Shown: positions 53,896 through 64,000, numbered from the stretch's first letter. The stretch: 64,000 nucleotides of DNA from Opitutus sp. GAS368 (GCA_945861645.1 CAMAVZ010000004.1:1-64000); one strand, 5' to 3'. Numbers and translations: made by a program. Notes: generated by a model not told the origin, from the letters alone.

Positions 53896-54828
53896 ATGGC
53901 TTCATCATTGGCGCTTAAAATTTTAGATTCCCATACTGGAGGTGAGCCGACTCGGCTCGTGCTCGCGGGTGGTCCAGAGCTGGGCCCAGGTCCACTGGCG
54001 GAGCGCGTAAAAATATTTCAGACCGACTACGACTCCTTTCGATCGGCGATTGTCAACGAGCCCCGCGGTTCGGCCGTGGTGGTAGGCGCGCTACTCTGCG
54101 CCCCCCACGATCCTAGCTGCCAGTTTGGCGTTATTTTTTTTAATAATGTCGGCTACCTCGGCATGTGCGGGCACGGCACGATGGGCCTGGTCGTGTCACT
54201 GGCTTATCTGGGGCGGCTCCAGCCTGGCCTGGTGCGGATTGATACGCCCGTGGGCCCCATCGAGGCGATCCTGCACGCTAATGGCGAAGTCTCGGTGACT
54301 AATGTTGCGAGCTACCGTCGCGAGCACGGGCTCAAGCTTACTTTGCCCGGCGGTGGGCACGTGACGTGCGATCTCGCTTGGGGCGGCAATTGGTTTTGCC
54401 TCATCGAGCAGCACGGACTGACCCTCGCCTTAGCTAATCTAGCTCAACTGACGGATTATTGTTTGCGCATTCGGGAAGCACTCAGCGGCGCAGGGTTTCC
54501 TGAGGTTGATCACGTCGAATTGTTCGAACGTTCAGCGCGCGCGGGGGTTGATAGCAGAAATTTTGTCCTGTGTCCTGGCCTCGCTTACGATCGTTCCCCC
54601 TGCGGCACGGGTACGAGTGCCAAACTCGCTTGCCTCGCCGCTGACGGCAAGCTGGCCCCCGACGTGGAGTGGGTGCAGGAGAGTATCGTCGGCAGCATCT
54701 TTCGGGCAAAATACTCGCGGCGCGGGGAGGAAATTATCCCCACCATTACGGGATCAGCTCATGTCATGGGGGAGGGCACTCTGATCTTGGATCCACAGGA
54801 TCCTTTTTGCTGGGGCCTTCCAGCCTGA
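53896..54828 (+). CDS. 4-hydroxyproline 2-epimerase (proline racemase family)
   Basis: DSHTGGEPTR, EPRG, MCGH and DRSPCGTG (two catalytic Cys); aliphatic VVVGALL rather than the Phe of proline racemases. Confidence 0.9.
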   Translation: MASSLALKILDSHTGGEPTRLVLAGGPELGPGPLAERVKIFQTDYDSFRSAIVNEPRGSAVVVGALLCAPHDPSCQFGVIFFNNVGYLGMCGHGTMGLVVSLAYLGRLQPGLVRIDTPVGPIEAILHANGEVSVTNVASYRREHGLKLTLPGGGHVTCDLAWGGNWFCLIEQHGLTLALANLAQLTDYCLRIREALSGAGFPEVDHVELFERSARAGVDSRNFVLCPGLAYDRSPCGTGTSAKLACLAADGKLAPDVEWVQESIVGSIFRAKYSRRGEEIIPTITGSAHVMGEGTLILDPQDPFCWGLPA

Positions 54829-54857
54829 TTTTCGTAATTATCCATTCTATTTAAGTT

Positions 54858-56120
54858 ATGCGTGAATCAAAATCAGTAATCGTCTGCGGCGGAGGCGTCG
54901 TGGGCCTCTGCTGTGCGTATTATCTAGCCCGTGAGGGTCGCGCTGTCACCGTGCTCGAACGCAACGGGGAAGTGCGTGATCATTGTGCGCTCGGCAGTGC
55001 TGGTTATGTTTCGCCGAGTCACGTCATTCCCCTCGCGGCGCCGGGCATGGTGTGGCAGGGCCTGAAGTGGATGCTTAATCCCCGCAGTCCTTTTTATATC
55101 AAGCCGCGGCTCGATAGCGATCTGCTCCGCTGGAGTTGGCTTTTCATGCGCTCCGCCAATCGGGCACACGTGGAGCGCGCCGCGCCAATTTTGCGTGATC
55201 TTTGTGTGGCCAGTCGCGCGCTTTTCGAAGAATTGGACGATATTACCGGTCATGCTTTTGAGTTTAAAAAAGAGGGCCTGCTCAATCTTTGTAAAACAGC
55301 GGCCGGCCTAGATCACGAAGCCCACGGCCTCGCCCGCCTTGCCAATGAACTCGGCGTTGAGGCCCAAATCTTAAATGCCGCGCAGACTGCGGCCCTGGAG
55401 CCGGGCATTAAACTGGATGTCGCGGGTTCAGTATATTTCCCGATCGATGCTCACCTGACGCCGGGGCGTTTCGCGCAAACCCTGACGGCTTTGCTCAAGG
55501 AAATGGGGGTGCGCTTCCAATGGAATACGACAGTTTTTGGTTGGCGAACTGAAGCCGGACGGATTGCCGCGGTGCAAACTACGGCGGGTGATTTACTCGC
55601 CGATGAATTTATTCTCGCGGGCGGTTCGTGGGCCCCTGCGATGCTGACGGGTTTGGGCCTGCGGTTGCCGTTGCAAGCCGGCAAAGGCTACAGTCTTACT
55701 TTGCCGCAGCCGCGCTTTAAAGTTACTAAGCCCATGATTTGTACGGAGCGCCGGATCGCGGTAACGCCCATGGGTGACACCCTGCGCTTTGGCGGCACCA
55801 TGGAGTTAAGTGGGATTAACCACCACGTGCGGCTGGAGCGGGTGCAGCAGATTATTGATTCTGTGCCGCTTTATTTTCCCGAACTTACGGCCGCAGATTT
55901 TTCCGGGATTCAGCCTTGGCAGGGTTTGCGGCCAGTGGCCCCCGACGGCATGCCTTATCTGGGCCGCTTTAATCGTTATCGAAACCTGACGGCGGCTTGT
56001 GGCCACGCCATGTTGGGGGTTACGATGGCGCCCATCAGTGGCTTGCTCGTAGCTGAAATTCTCGCCGGTCGTAAACCCTCGGTAGCTTTGCAGCTGCTCG
56101 ACCCTAATCGATACGCCTAA
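54858..56120 (+). CDS. FAD-dependent D-amino acid dehydrogenase, probably D-hydroxyproline dehydrogenase
   Basis: GGGVVG, GKGYS, W.GLRP..PDG.P..G, GHAMLG; substrate inferred from context. Confidence 0.82.
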   Translation: MRESKSVIVCGGGVVGLCCAYYLAREGRAVTVLERNGEVRDHCALGSAGYVSPSHVIPLAAPGMVWQGLKWMLNPRSPFYIKPRLDSDLLRWSWLFMRSANRAHVERAAPILRDLCVASRALFEELDDITGHAFEFKKEGLLNLCKTAAGLDHEAHGLARLANELGVEAQILNAAQTAALEPGIKLDVAGSVYFPIDAHLTPGRFAQTLTALLKEMGVRFQWNTTVFGWRTEAGRIAAVQTTAGDLLADEFILAGGSWAPAMLTGLGLRLPLQAGKGYSLTLPQPRFKVTKPMICTERRIAVTPMGDTLRFGGTMELSGINHHVRLERVQQIIDSVPLYFPELTAADFSGIQPWQGLRPVAPDGMPYLGRFNRYRNLTAACGHAMLGVTMAPISGLLVAEILAGRKPSVALQLLDPNRYA

Positions 56121-56173
56121 CTTTGCTAAATCCACCCCGAGAGAGGACCGCGGTAGCTCAAAATAAAACGCTT

Positions 56174-57067
56174 ATGAATTGGAAAGGTGTTATCCCTGCC
56201 ATCACGACTAACCTCGCGGCTGACTTGACGGTCGACCATGCCGCCCTCGCAGTTCATTGCCGTTGGCTGATCGATAGTGGCTGTACCGGGCTCGTCGTTG
56301 GCGGTTCGCTCGGAGAGGCCGCGACGCTCAGTTTTGAGGAAAAAATTGCGATTGTTCGTACGAGCGTTGCGGCCGTAGCTGGGCGTGCGCCGATCGTGCT
56401 GGGCATTGCCTCCCTAAGCACGCTGGAAGCGGTGGCGTTAGCGCAAGCGGCGGAACAGGCTGGCGCGCAGGGTCTGATGGTCTTGCCGCCTTATGTTTAT
56501 TCCAGTGATTGGCGTGAAATGAAAACACACGTCAGCGCCGTCATTGCCGCGACCAAGCTTGCTTGTCTGCTGTACAATAATCCCCCCGCCTACAAAACTG
56601 ATTTTCTGCCAGAGCAGATCGCCGAACTAGCGAGTCTGCATCCTAATTTGCACGCGGTGAAAGAATCCAGTGGTGACACTCGCCGGGTCACCGCAATTCA
56701 AGCGGTGGTTGGCCCCCGCTTGGCGGTCTTAGTGGGTATGGATGACGCCATTGTTGAAGGCATCTACGCTGGGGCGGTGGGCTGGATTGCTGGGTTGGTT
56801 AATGCGTTTCCGGTTGAATCGGTGGCGCTCTTTAATTTGGCTAGTCGTGGAGAGAAGGCGCGGGCGGCGGCGCTCTACGCTTGGTTTCTCCCGCTGCTCC
56901 GCCTCGATACAGTGCCCAAATTTGTTCAGCTGATTAAATGGGTGCAGGCCGAAGTTGGCCGCGGTACGCCGTTTGTTCGCGCTCCGCGCTTGGCCTTGGC
57001 CGGGCCTGATCTGGCCGCGGCGCGGGCGGTGTTGACAGCGGCCTTGCAACATCCTCCGGCTTTGTGA
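56174..57067 (+). CDS. DHDPS-family enzyme, probably delta1-pyrroline-4-hydroxy-2-carboxylate deaminase
   Basis: GSLGE, YNNP, Schiff-base VKESSGD, GMDD, GWIAGLVN; context. Confidence 0.82.
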   Translation: MNWKGVIPAITTNLAADLTVDHAALAVHCRWLIDSGCTGLVVGGSLGEAATLSFEEKIAIVRTSVAAVAGRAPIVLGIASLSTLEAVALAQAAEQAGAQGLMVLPPYVYSSDWREMKTHVSAVIAATKLACLLYNNPPAYKTDFLPEQIAELASLHPNLHAVKESSGDTRRVTAIQAVVGPRLAVLVGMDDAIVEGIYAGAVGWIAGLVNAFPVESVALFNLASRGEKARAAALYAWFLPLLRLDTVPKFVQLIKWVQAEVGRGTPFVRAPRLALAGPDLAAARAVLTAALQHPPAL

Positions 57068-57121
57068 AGGGGCCTTTTGACTCGCCGGGTGCCGAGTTGA
57101 GGGTCACCATTAGCGTCGTTT

Positions 57122-58717
57122 ATGAAACCTGATGGAAGTTCACTGATTGGTTTCGGTTCCAGCGCGCCTGGTGGGGCGGAATTTTTGGCGTTTGATCCCG
57201 CCCGCGGAATCTTCTTAGAGCCAACTTTCTGCTCGGCAACGGGCCGCGATCTCGAGCGGGCCGTACAATTAGCGGCCGCCGCTGCGCCGCTTTGGGCCAA
57301 GCTTTCTGGGGCGCAGCGCAATAAATTTTTACGCACCATTGCGGATAATCTTGAGAAAAAATCGGCGGATCTCGTCGCACGGGCCCAACAAGAAACCGCC
57401 TTACCGGAAGCGCGCTTGAAAGGAGAAATTGCGCGGACGGCTGGTCAGTTGCGTCTTTATGGCGAAACCGCTGAGCGCGGCGATTGGCTCGATGCACGCA
57501 TTGAGACGGCGCAGCCAGAGCGTCAACCGCTGCCCAAACCAGATCACCGCTCTTTGCTGCGACCCTTGGGCCCCGTCGTGGTATTTGGTTCTAGTAATTT
57601 TCCGTTTGCTTACTCGGTGGCCGGGGGCGACACCGCATCCGCTTTTGCCGCCGGTTGCCCAGTGATTGTGAAGGCGCATTCCGCTCATCCGGGCACCAGC
57701 GAACTCGTGGGACGCTTGATTCTCCATGCGGTCCGAGATTGCGGCCTACCGGAGGGCACATTTTCCCTGCTATTTGATGCTGGCTTGACCGTCGGGCAAG
57801 CGCTCGTTCAGCACCCTTTAGTCAAAGCGGTTGGTTTTACGGGATCCTTGCGCGGCGGTCGTGCGCTGACGGATCTGGCCGCCGCCCGCCCCGAGCCAAT
57901 TCCCGTCTATGCGGAGATGGGCAGTATTAATCCTGTTTTCATTTTACCGGGCGCGTTGGCCGAAAGATCGGCTGCGCTCGTAGATGGACTGCATGCGTCC
58001 GCTACGGTAGGGGTCGGCCAGTTTTGCACTAACCCCGGTTTGATCGTGCTGGTCCGTGCGCCGGCGGCGGAAGATTTCTTAAAAAACCTAGGGGCGAAAT
58101 TAGCTGCGACTCCCCCCGCCGCGATGTTGACGGCCGCAATCTGTGCTAATTTCAGGAAAGGAGTGGCCGCCCGCGCTCGCATCACTGGGGTTCGCCCGCT
58201 GCCTGCCCCGTCGGCTGATGACGCGCGGCTGTCGACGGTCGCCGCTCCGGTTTGGTTTGAAACTTCGGCGCAGGATTATTCGAGTAATCCAAATTTGACC
58301 GAAGAGATTTTTGGCCCGAGCTCTTTAGTGGTGTGGTGTAAAAATTCTGCTGAAATGTTAGCGGTGGCGCATGACCTTTCCGGCAATCTCACGGCGACTC
58401 TGCACGCCGGCGTGGCGGAAGTCGCCGCGCAAGGGGCGCTACTTGATATTTTAGCGAACAAAGCCGGCCGGGTGATACTTAACGGATTTCCGACGGGGCT
58501 CGAAGTGAGCCCTGCTATTGTCCACAGTGGACCGTATCCTGCCACCAGTGATGGTGGCCGCAGCACCTCAGTCGGCACACGGGCCCTCACCCGCTGGGTG
58601 CGGCTCGTCTGTTACCAGAATTTTACCGAGGAATTGCTGCCGCCAGAATTGCAAAATGCGAATCCCCAGGGCCTGCGTCGGTTGGTCAACAGCGCGTGGA
58701 CGAACGGCGCAATTTGA
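57122..58717 (+). CDS. Alpha-ketoglutaric semialdehyde dehydrogenase (NADP+)
   Basis: FGSSNFP, VKAH.AHP, FTGS, EMGSINP, GQFCTNPG, EEIFGP. Confidence 0.88.
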   Translation: MKPDGSSLIGFGSSAPGGAEFLAFDPARGIFLEPTFCSATGRDLERAVQLAAAAAPLWAKLSGAQRNKFLRTIADNLEKKSADLVARAQQETALPEARLKGEIARTAGQLRLYGETAERGDWLDARIETAQPERQPLPKPDHRSLLRPLGPVVVFGSSNFPFAYSVAGGDTASAFAAGCPVIVKAHSAHPGTSELVGRLILHAVRDCGLPEGTFSLLFDAGLTVGQALVQHPLVKAVGFTGSLRGGRALTDLAAARPEPIPVYAEMGSINPVFILPGALAERSAALVDGLHASATVGVGQFCTNPGLIVLVRAPAAEDFLKNLGAKLAATPPAAMLTAAICANFRKGVAARARITGVRPLPAPSADDARLSTVAAPVWFETSAQDYSSNPNLTEEIFGPSSLVVWCKNSAEMLAVAHDLSGNLTATLHAGVAEVAAQGALLDILANKAGRVILNGFPTGLEVSPAIVHSGPYPATSDGGRSTSVGTRALTRWVRLVCYQNFTEELLPPELQNANPQGLRRLVNSAWTNGAI

Positions 58718-58766
58718 GGTCGGCGATTTAGCTGACACGCTCGGCCCCGAGTTCAAGCTGGGTTCA

Positions 58767-59264
58767 TTACAGCTTGGCGGCGGCGTGTCGAATCGCGCGC
58801 TGGTAGGCGGTGAGGCCCGGATCTTCCGTCGTGGCGCAGAGAGTTTCCAAGGCGAGCTGCAGCGCTTCAGTCTGCCGGCCTTGGGCATGAAGGGTTAGCG
58901 TCAGAAAAATCGCAAATTCTGGATTAGCGGGAAATTGGAGTTGGCCGGAACGGAGCACATCAGCGGAGCGCGGTAATTGACCGAGGAGGCGCAACGTTGA
59001 GCCTAAGCCCAATTGGGCGCCTGATAGTTCGTTGGGTGACAGACCGAGGGCGATTGCTTTTTCGTAGTAGGGCAGGGCCTCGGCTGGGCGATCGAGCACG
59101 TCACAGGTCCAAGCTAATTGGAAATTAATCTCGGCGACATTCGGGTAGCGCTCGTCGAGTGCGGTTAGTCGCGGGAAAATTTCCTGCGATTGCCCGTGGG
59201 CTCGCGCGCCAACGATGGCGTCGAGTTCAGGTTTCCAATGAGGGATTTCTGAAGCGGGGGACAT
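58767..59264 (-). CDS. TPR protein
   Basis: AWTCD.L....EA.PYYEKA..LGL...LGLGSTLR.LG TPR pattern. Confidence 0.82.
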   Translation of the reverse strand: MSPASEIPHWKPELDAIVGARAHGQSQEIFPRLTALDERYPNVAEINFQLAWTCDVLDRPAEALPYYEKAIALGLSPNELSGAQLGLGSTLRLLGQLPRSADVLRSGQLQFPANPEFAIFLTLTLHAQGRQTEALQLALETLCATTEDPGLTAYQRAIRHAAAKL

Positions 59265-59331
59265 GCAACAAGACTTGGCGGCGAGTGGAGGCCCCGCTGG
59301 ATCCCGCCCAGCGAGAGCGGGATTTGCTGGC

Positions 59332-61272
59332 TTAGGCCTGGGGTGGTTGCTGGTTGGCTGGCGCCGCCACGACCTTCTTCTCGGGCAGTGCACGGGTGGC
59401 GACCTCCTGTTTGAAGCGGGCGATGACCTCTTCGACTTTTAGGATGCCTTCGTCGCCTTTGGCGCGGGAGCGGACCGATACGCTCTGGGCTTCGGCTTCC
59501 TTTTGACCGAGCACAAGCACGTAAGGAATTTTTTCAAGTTCAGCCCGGCGGATTTTTGCACCGAGCTTATCGGAGTGCGCGTCAATCGACACCCGAAGGT
59601 CGGCGGCGAGCAGTTGCGTATGCAAAGCCTGCGCGTACGCGATAACCTTATCACTGATGGGGACGATCCGGATTTGTTCGGGCGCGAGCCAGAGCGGGAA
59701 ATCTCCACCGAAATGCTCGATGAGCACGCCGCAGAAACGCTCCATCGAGCCAAAGGGCGCGCGGTGAATCATGACGGGACGGTGCGAGGCGTTGTCGGCT
59801 CCGATGTAGGTAAGGTCGAAGCGCACGGGTAAATTATAATCGACCTGCACGGTGCCGAGCTGCCACTCGCGGCCGATGACATCTTTAATCACGAAGTCGA
59901 TTTTTGGTCCGTAGAAGGCGGCTTCGCCGGGCTCTTCCGTAAAAGGCACGCCCAATGTTTGGGCGGCCTCGCGGCAGGCGTTTTCGGCTTTATCCCAGTT
60001 AGCGGAGTCCCCGGTGTATTTCTGGGAGTCAGGGTCGCGGAGGCCAACGCGGACGCGATAATCGGCCATACCTAACGTGGTGAGAACTGTTTTTACCAGA
60101 GAGAGACAGCCAATAATTTCTTTGGGCACCTGTTCTTCGGTACAGAAAAGATGGGCATCATCTTGGGTGAATCCACGGACGCGAGTCATGCCGCTAAGTT
60201 CACCCGACTGTTCCCAGCGGTAAACGGTACCAAATTCCGCCAGTCGCACCGGTAAATCGCGGTAGGAATGTGGCTGCGAAGCAAAAATCTTAATGTGATG
60301 CGGGCAATTCATCGGCTTCAGCAAAAAGCCATCGATGAGTTGGTCGTCAGGAAGCACGCGATCCTTCGTGATCGTTTCTTGCTTGGTGAGTCGGTTAACT
60401 TTTTCCGCAAGATGGCTGGAGACCGCTTCAATGCGATTCGACATTTCCGCGCAGGAGCAACCGGCCGAGGTCAGTTGTTCGAGAAATTCTCGCTCCACGA
60501 CGGGTGGGAATTGGGAGTCTTTGTAGTACGGGAAGTGCCCGGAAGTTTTATACAGTGAGAGTCGACCAATGTGGGGCGTGAAAACTTGCGAGTAACCCTG
60601 CTTGCGCAGCTCACCCATGATAAAATCCTGCAATTGCTGCCGCAGAATAGAGCCGTTGGGTGTCCAGAGAATTAGGCCTTGGCCCACATCTTCATCGATG
60701 TGGAACAGTTTTAATTCTTTACCAAGTTTGCGGTGGTCGCGCAATTTGGCCTGTTCCATCTGGGTGAGGTAATTAGCGAGTTCCTCTTTGGTCGGGAAGG
60801 CGGTGCCGTAGATGCGCTGGAGTTGCTTGTTGGTCTCATCGCCGCGGTGGTAAGCACCCGCGATGGAAAGGAGTTTGAAAGCCTTCAGCTTCGCCGTGTA
60901 GCGGACGTGGGAACCGGCGCAGAGATCCGTGAACTCACCGTTGGTGAAGAAGGAAATTTTCCCATCCGCGGGAATATCCGCGAGGCGGCCGAGTTTATAG
61001 CGTTCTTGGCCGCGGGACTTGATGATCTCAATCGCTTCCTCGCGGGAGACTTCTTTGCGGTCGAAGCGCTGATTCTCCTCAGCAATTTTTTTCATTTCAG
61101 CCTCGAGCTTAACCAGATCATCGGCGGTGAATTTGTGCTCCAAGTCGATGTCGTAGTAGAAACCGGCATCAGTGGGCGGCCCGATATCGAGTTTGGCCTC
61201 AGGGAAAAGGCGGAGAACGGCAGTCGCAAGGACGTGCGAGGCCGAGTGGCGGAGTTCTTCGAGCGGAGACAT
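59332..61272 (-). CDS. thrS: Threonine--tRNA ligase (no N1/TGS domain; insertion in catalytic domain)
   Basis: RHSASH and DLCAGSH editing motifs, RDHRKLG, KPMNCP, RVR.FTQDD, FYGPK, IHRA. Confidence 0.97.
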   Translation of the reverse strand: MSPLEELRHSASHVLATAVLRLFPEAKLDIGPPTDAGFYYDIDLEHKFTADDLVKLEAEMKKIAEENQRFDRKEVSREEAIEIIKSRGQERYKLGRLADIPADGKISFFTNGEFTDLCAGSHVRYTAKLKAFKLLSIAGAYHRGDETNKQLQRIYGTAFPTKEELANYLTQMEQAKLRDHRKLGKELKLFHIDEDVGQGLILWTPNGSILRQQLQDFIMGELRKQGYSQVFTPHIGRLSLYKTSGHFPYYKDSQFPPVVEREFLEQLTSAGCSCAEMSNRIEAVSSHLAEKVNRLTKQETITKDRVLPDDQLIDGFLLKPMNCPHHIKIFASQPHSYRDLPVRLAEFGTVYRWEQSGELSGMTRVRGFTQDDAHLFCTEEQVPKEIIGCLSLVKTVLTTLGMADYRVRVGLRDPDSQKYTGDSANWDKAENACREAAQTLGVPFTEEPGEAAFYGPKIDFVIKDVIGREWQLGTVQVDYNLPVRFDLTYIGADNASHRPVMIHRAPFGSMERFCGVLIEHFGGDFPLWLAPEQIRIVPISDKVIAYAQALHTQLLAADLRVSIDAHSDKLGAKIRRAELEKIPYVLVLGQKEAEAQSVSVRSRAKGDEGILKVEEVIARFKQEVATRALPEKKVVAAPANQQPPQA

Positions 61273-61441
61273 CGAGATAGTGTAGTTGGGTTTAGTCCTC
61301 CTTACGAATGGAGGGCCGAAAAGCGATTTGGCCACAGGGCGTGGTCGGGTGTCAATGCCGGGCTCAGACCTAGGTGATTGGCCACAAAAAGCGCCGAACG
61401 CGCGAAAATTAAGGGCCGGTAGAGAGACGGGCCCTCCCGAT

Positions 61442-62815
61442 CTACAGCTTCAGCGGTTCGAGGCGGTAGCTGTCTTTGGCATCTTTCATATTCCAACCAG
61501 CAGCCGTCAGTTCCTGGCGAAAGGCATCAGCCCCCGCGAAGTCCTTGCTTTGCTTCGCGGCCCAGCGTTTCGCGGCAAGCGTCACGATAGCGGCCGGTAC
61601 ATCCACTGGCGGTAAATCGAGGGCATCTAACTGGAAGCCGAGCGCAAAAAGCACGCGATCAAAGGCGGCTAGATTAACGCCGGCCGGACCACGATTCACA
61701 ATCGTGAAGAGGGCGCCGAAGGCTCCGGGTATATTCAGATCATCAGCGAGCGCGGCAAAAATGGGGACGAAGATCGTCGTGGCCTCAGCCCTGCTGCGCC
61801 CGTCCAAGGCTGCGCGATAAGTGCGCAGGGTTTTGAGGGCGCTTTCGGCGGCGTGCAGCGAGTCGAGGGAAAAGCTTAATTGTTTACGGGGGTGCCCCAT
61901 GAGCAAGGCGTAGCGGAGCGCCATCGGGGAAAATCCTTTGGCGACCAATTCATCGAGCGTGTAAAGGTTGCCGAGGCTCTTGCTCATTTTCTTGCCGTCG
62001 ACTAAGAGGTGCTCGCTGTGATACCAATGATGCGAAAAGGGCGTGGCGTTGCAGCATTGGCTCTGGGCAATTTCATTTTCGTGGTGAGGAAAGAGTAGAT
62101 CCACTCCGCCGCTGTGCAGGTCGATCGTCTCGCCGAGATGTTTTTTACTCATCGCACTGCATTCGATGTGCCAGCCGGGGCGACCGCGCCCCCAGGGACT
62201 ATCCCACGCATTGGTGCCATCCTCGAGTTTGTGCGCTTTCCATAACGCAAAATCACTGACGTCTTCTTTTTCATCGGCATCCGCCGCCATGGCCTTGAGC
62301 GCGCTCCCTGTTTGGAGCTCGCGTTCTTTGACGCGCGAAAGCGCGCCGTAAGCCTCGAAGGAGTTTACTTTAAAATAAACCGACCCATCCGCCGCGCGAT
62401 AAGCGTTACCTTTTTTCATGAGCACCGCGATCATATCCACTTGCTCGGGGATGTGCCCCGTGGCGGTCGGTTCCACGTGGGGTGGTAAGCAATTCAAGCT
62501 CGCACAGTCGGCGTGAAATTTAGCGGTCCATTGTTGCGTAACGTCGGCGAGGGGGCGCTGTTCATCCCGGGCGCGCTTGATGGTTTTGTCATCAACGTCG
62601 GTTAAGTTCCGCACATGTTTTACTTTATTTGCCCCAAACTCCAACTCCAGCAGTCGGCGAATAATATCATTCACAACAAAGGTGCGAAAATTTCCGATAT
62701 GGGCCGGGGCATACACCGTTGGCCCGCAGTTATAGAAGCGAAAAATACCATCCGGTTGCGCGGGCCGGAGCTCGCGCAGGCTGCGGGTGAGGGAATCGTA
62801 AAGGCGGATCGGCAT
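61442..62815 (-). CDS. cysS: Cysteine--tRNA ligase
   Basis: CGPTVY, HIGN, TDVDDK, GRPGWHIEC, FPHHENE, KMSKS. Confidence 0.97.
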   Translation of the reverse strand: MPIRLYDSLTRSLRELRPAQPDGIFRFYNCGPTVYAPAHIGNFRTFVVNDIIRRLLELEFGANKVKHVRNLTDVDDKTIKRARDEQRPLADVTQQWTAKFHADCASLNCLPPHVEPTATGHIPEQVDMIAVLMKKGNAYRAADGSVYFKVNSFEAYGALSRVKERELQTGSALKAMAADADEKEDVSDFALWKAHKLEDGTNAWDSPWGRGRPGWHIECSAMSKKHLGETIDLHSGGVDLLFPHHENEIAQSQCCNATPFSHHWYHSEHLLVDGKKMSKSLGNLYTLDELVAKGFSPMALRYALLMGHPRKQLSFSLDSLHAAESALKTLRTYRAALDGRSRAEATTIFVPIFAALADDLNIPGAFGALFTIVNRGPAGVNLAAFDRVLFALGFQLDALDLPPVDVPAAIVTLAAKRWAAKQSKDFAGADAFRQELTAAGWNMKDAKDSYRLEPLKL

Positions 62816-63076
62816 GCAGCAGGCTAAGTTGCGTCCAACAGGCGCAAAAAGTGTAAAATGATCAATCTCGGATTACCTCACTAGCTAGAATCAGCTGCCG
62901 CGGGACCCGAATGGCGCAGTGCGCATCGGACAAATTTTGTGCAGAAAAGCGGCGAGCGTAAATCTGCTCTACCCGCTCGCAGAGAGTATTAGGCCGGCGC
63001 GGCGGATAGTCTGAGCCGTAAAAGATTAGCGTGAAATAATGCCAATTAGTGGTTTAGTCTTAGTCTTTCTCTCGCC

Positions 63077-64000
63077 ATGGCCAAAAAATCCAAACTTGCT
63101 TTAACGCATCGTCCTCGTCGTCTCCGTCGGCAGCCGACGCGACGTGCGCTCGTCGCCGAGACGGTGCTGCGCGTGGATGATCTCATCGCTCCTTTATTTG
63201 TGGTGGAGGGGAAAGGGCGGCCTCAGCCCATTGCCTCGATGCCGGGGGTTAACCGGTTTAATCTGGTTGATCTCGTGCAGGAATGCGCGGAATTGCACGC
63301 CTTAGGCGTGCCGGCCGTAGCGCTATTCCCTAAGCTAGAGGCTGCGCTTAAAGATGCGACGGGCACCCAAGCGTTGAATAAAAATACGCTTATTCTTCGC
63401 GCTGTGCGTGCGGTGAAAAAAGCACTACCGACCTTAACCGTGATCACCGACGTGGCGCTCGATCCGTATACGAATCATGGGCACGATGGCGTGCTCACCG
63501 CCCAGCAGGATGATGTGGATAACGATCGGACCGTAGGAATTCTTTGCCGCATGGCGGTCCTGCAGGCCGCGGCGGGGGTGGATTTCGTGGCGCCCTCTGA
63601 CATGATGGACGGGCGGGTCGGCGCGATCCGCCAAGCGCTCGATGCGGCCGGCTATACGAGCACGGGCATTCTGGCTTATTCCGCTAAATATAATTCAGCC
63701 TATTACGGGCCCTTTCGTGATGCGGTCGGCAGCGCCCAGGCCGCGGGTACGCGTTTACTGAGCAAGGCGACCTACCAGATGAATCCGGCGAATCGTCGCG
63801 AGGCTCTCAGTGAAGTGGCTCTCGATGAAAGCGAAGGGGCGGATATCGTCATGATTAAACCGGCGGGCCCCTACCTCGATATTATCCGGGAGGTGCGTAA
63901 TGCTTCAAAAAAACCGATCGCGGCGTATCAAGTATCGGGCGAATACGCGCAAATTCATGCCGCGGCACGGCTCGGCTGGCTCGATCTCGTGCGTTGTCGT
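63077..64000 (+). CDS. hemB: Porphobilinogen synthase, 3' truncated by window edge (absent from ORF track)
   Basis: Hand translation: RPRRLRR, SMPG, DVALDPYTNHGHDG (Asp-rich non-Zn type), APSDMMDGR, YGPFRDA, MIKPA, YQVSGEY. Confidence 0.96.
   Translation, partial: MAKKSKLALTHRPRRLRRQPTRRALVAETVLRVDDLIAPLFVVEGKGRPQPIASMPGVNRFNLVDLVQECAELHALGVPAVALFPKLEAALKDATGTQALNKNTLILRAVRAVKKALPTLTVITDVALDPYTNHGHDGVLTAQQDDVDNDRTVGILCRMAVLQAAAGVDFVAPSDMMDGRVGAIRQALDAAGYTSTGILAYSAKYNSAYYGPFRDAVGSAQAAGTRLLSKATYQMNPANRREALSEVALDESEGADIVMIKPAGPYLDIIREVRNASKKPIAAYQVSGEYAQIHAAARLGWLDLVRCR

Noticed and set aside
60733..61377. 214-aa ORF antisense to thrS
   Set aside because: Antisense shadow caused by codon bias.

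Overview
A compact, gene-dense stretch of bacterial core chromosome of fairly high GC. Protein style, gene order and SD-less leaders suggest Verrucomicrobiota, probably Opitutaceae-like (inference, not checked against a database). It has about 54 CDS and one tRNA-Gly(CCC): four aminoacyl-tRNA synthetases (serS, aspS, thrS, cysS), tilS-ftsH, tig-clpP-clpX, scattered repair genes (ybaB-recR, priA, mutL, recF, ruvC, xseB), heme genes (hemW, hemH, truncated hemB), central metabolism (ugd, dxs, argH, glgP, gpmI, ald, folA), a PII-amtB-PII nitrogen locus with a clear sigma-54 promoter, and a four-gene hydroxyproline catabolic cluster. I saw no integrase, transposase, prophage, CRISPR array or defence system, and I cannot support a claim of a wholly new multi-gene system. 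The best leads are smaller. MutL has lost all four His/Cys endonuclease Zn ligands. The tRNA-Gly has an A73 discriminator and is followed by a secreted Cys-repeat microprotein. ThrRS has a ~50-aa catalytic-domain insertion. An Fe-S-type ferrochelatase is linked to a multi-PAS hybrid kinase. A Fur-like regulator lacks the His ligand motif. A 37-bp near-perfect palindrome precedes an orphan glycoside-hydrolase-like gene. Many start coordinates were moved from the ORF track to the most plausible start codon.
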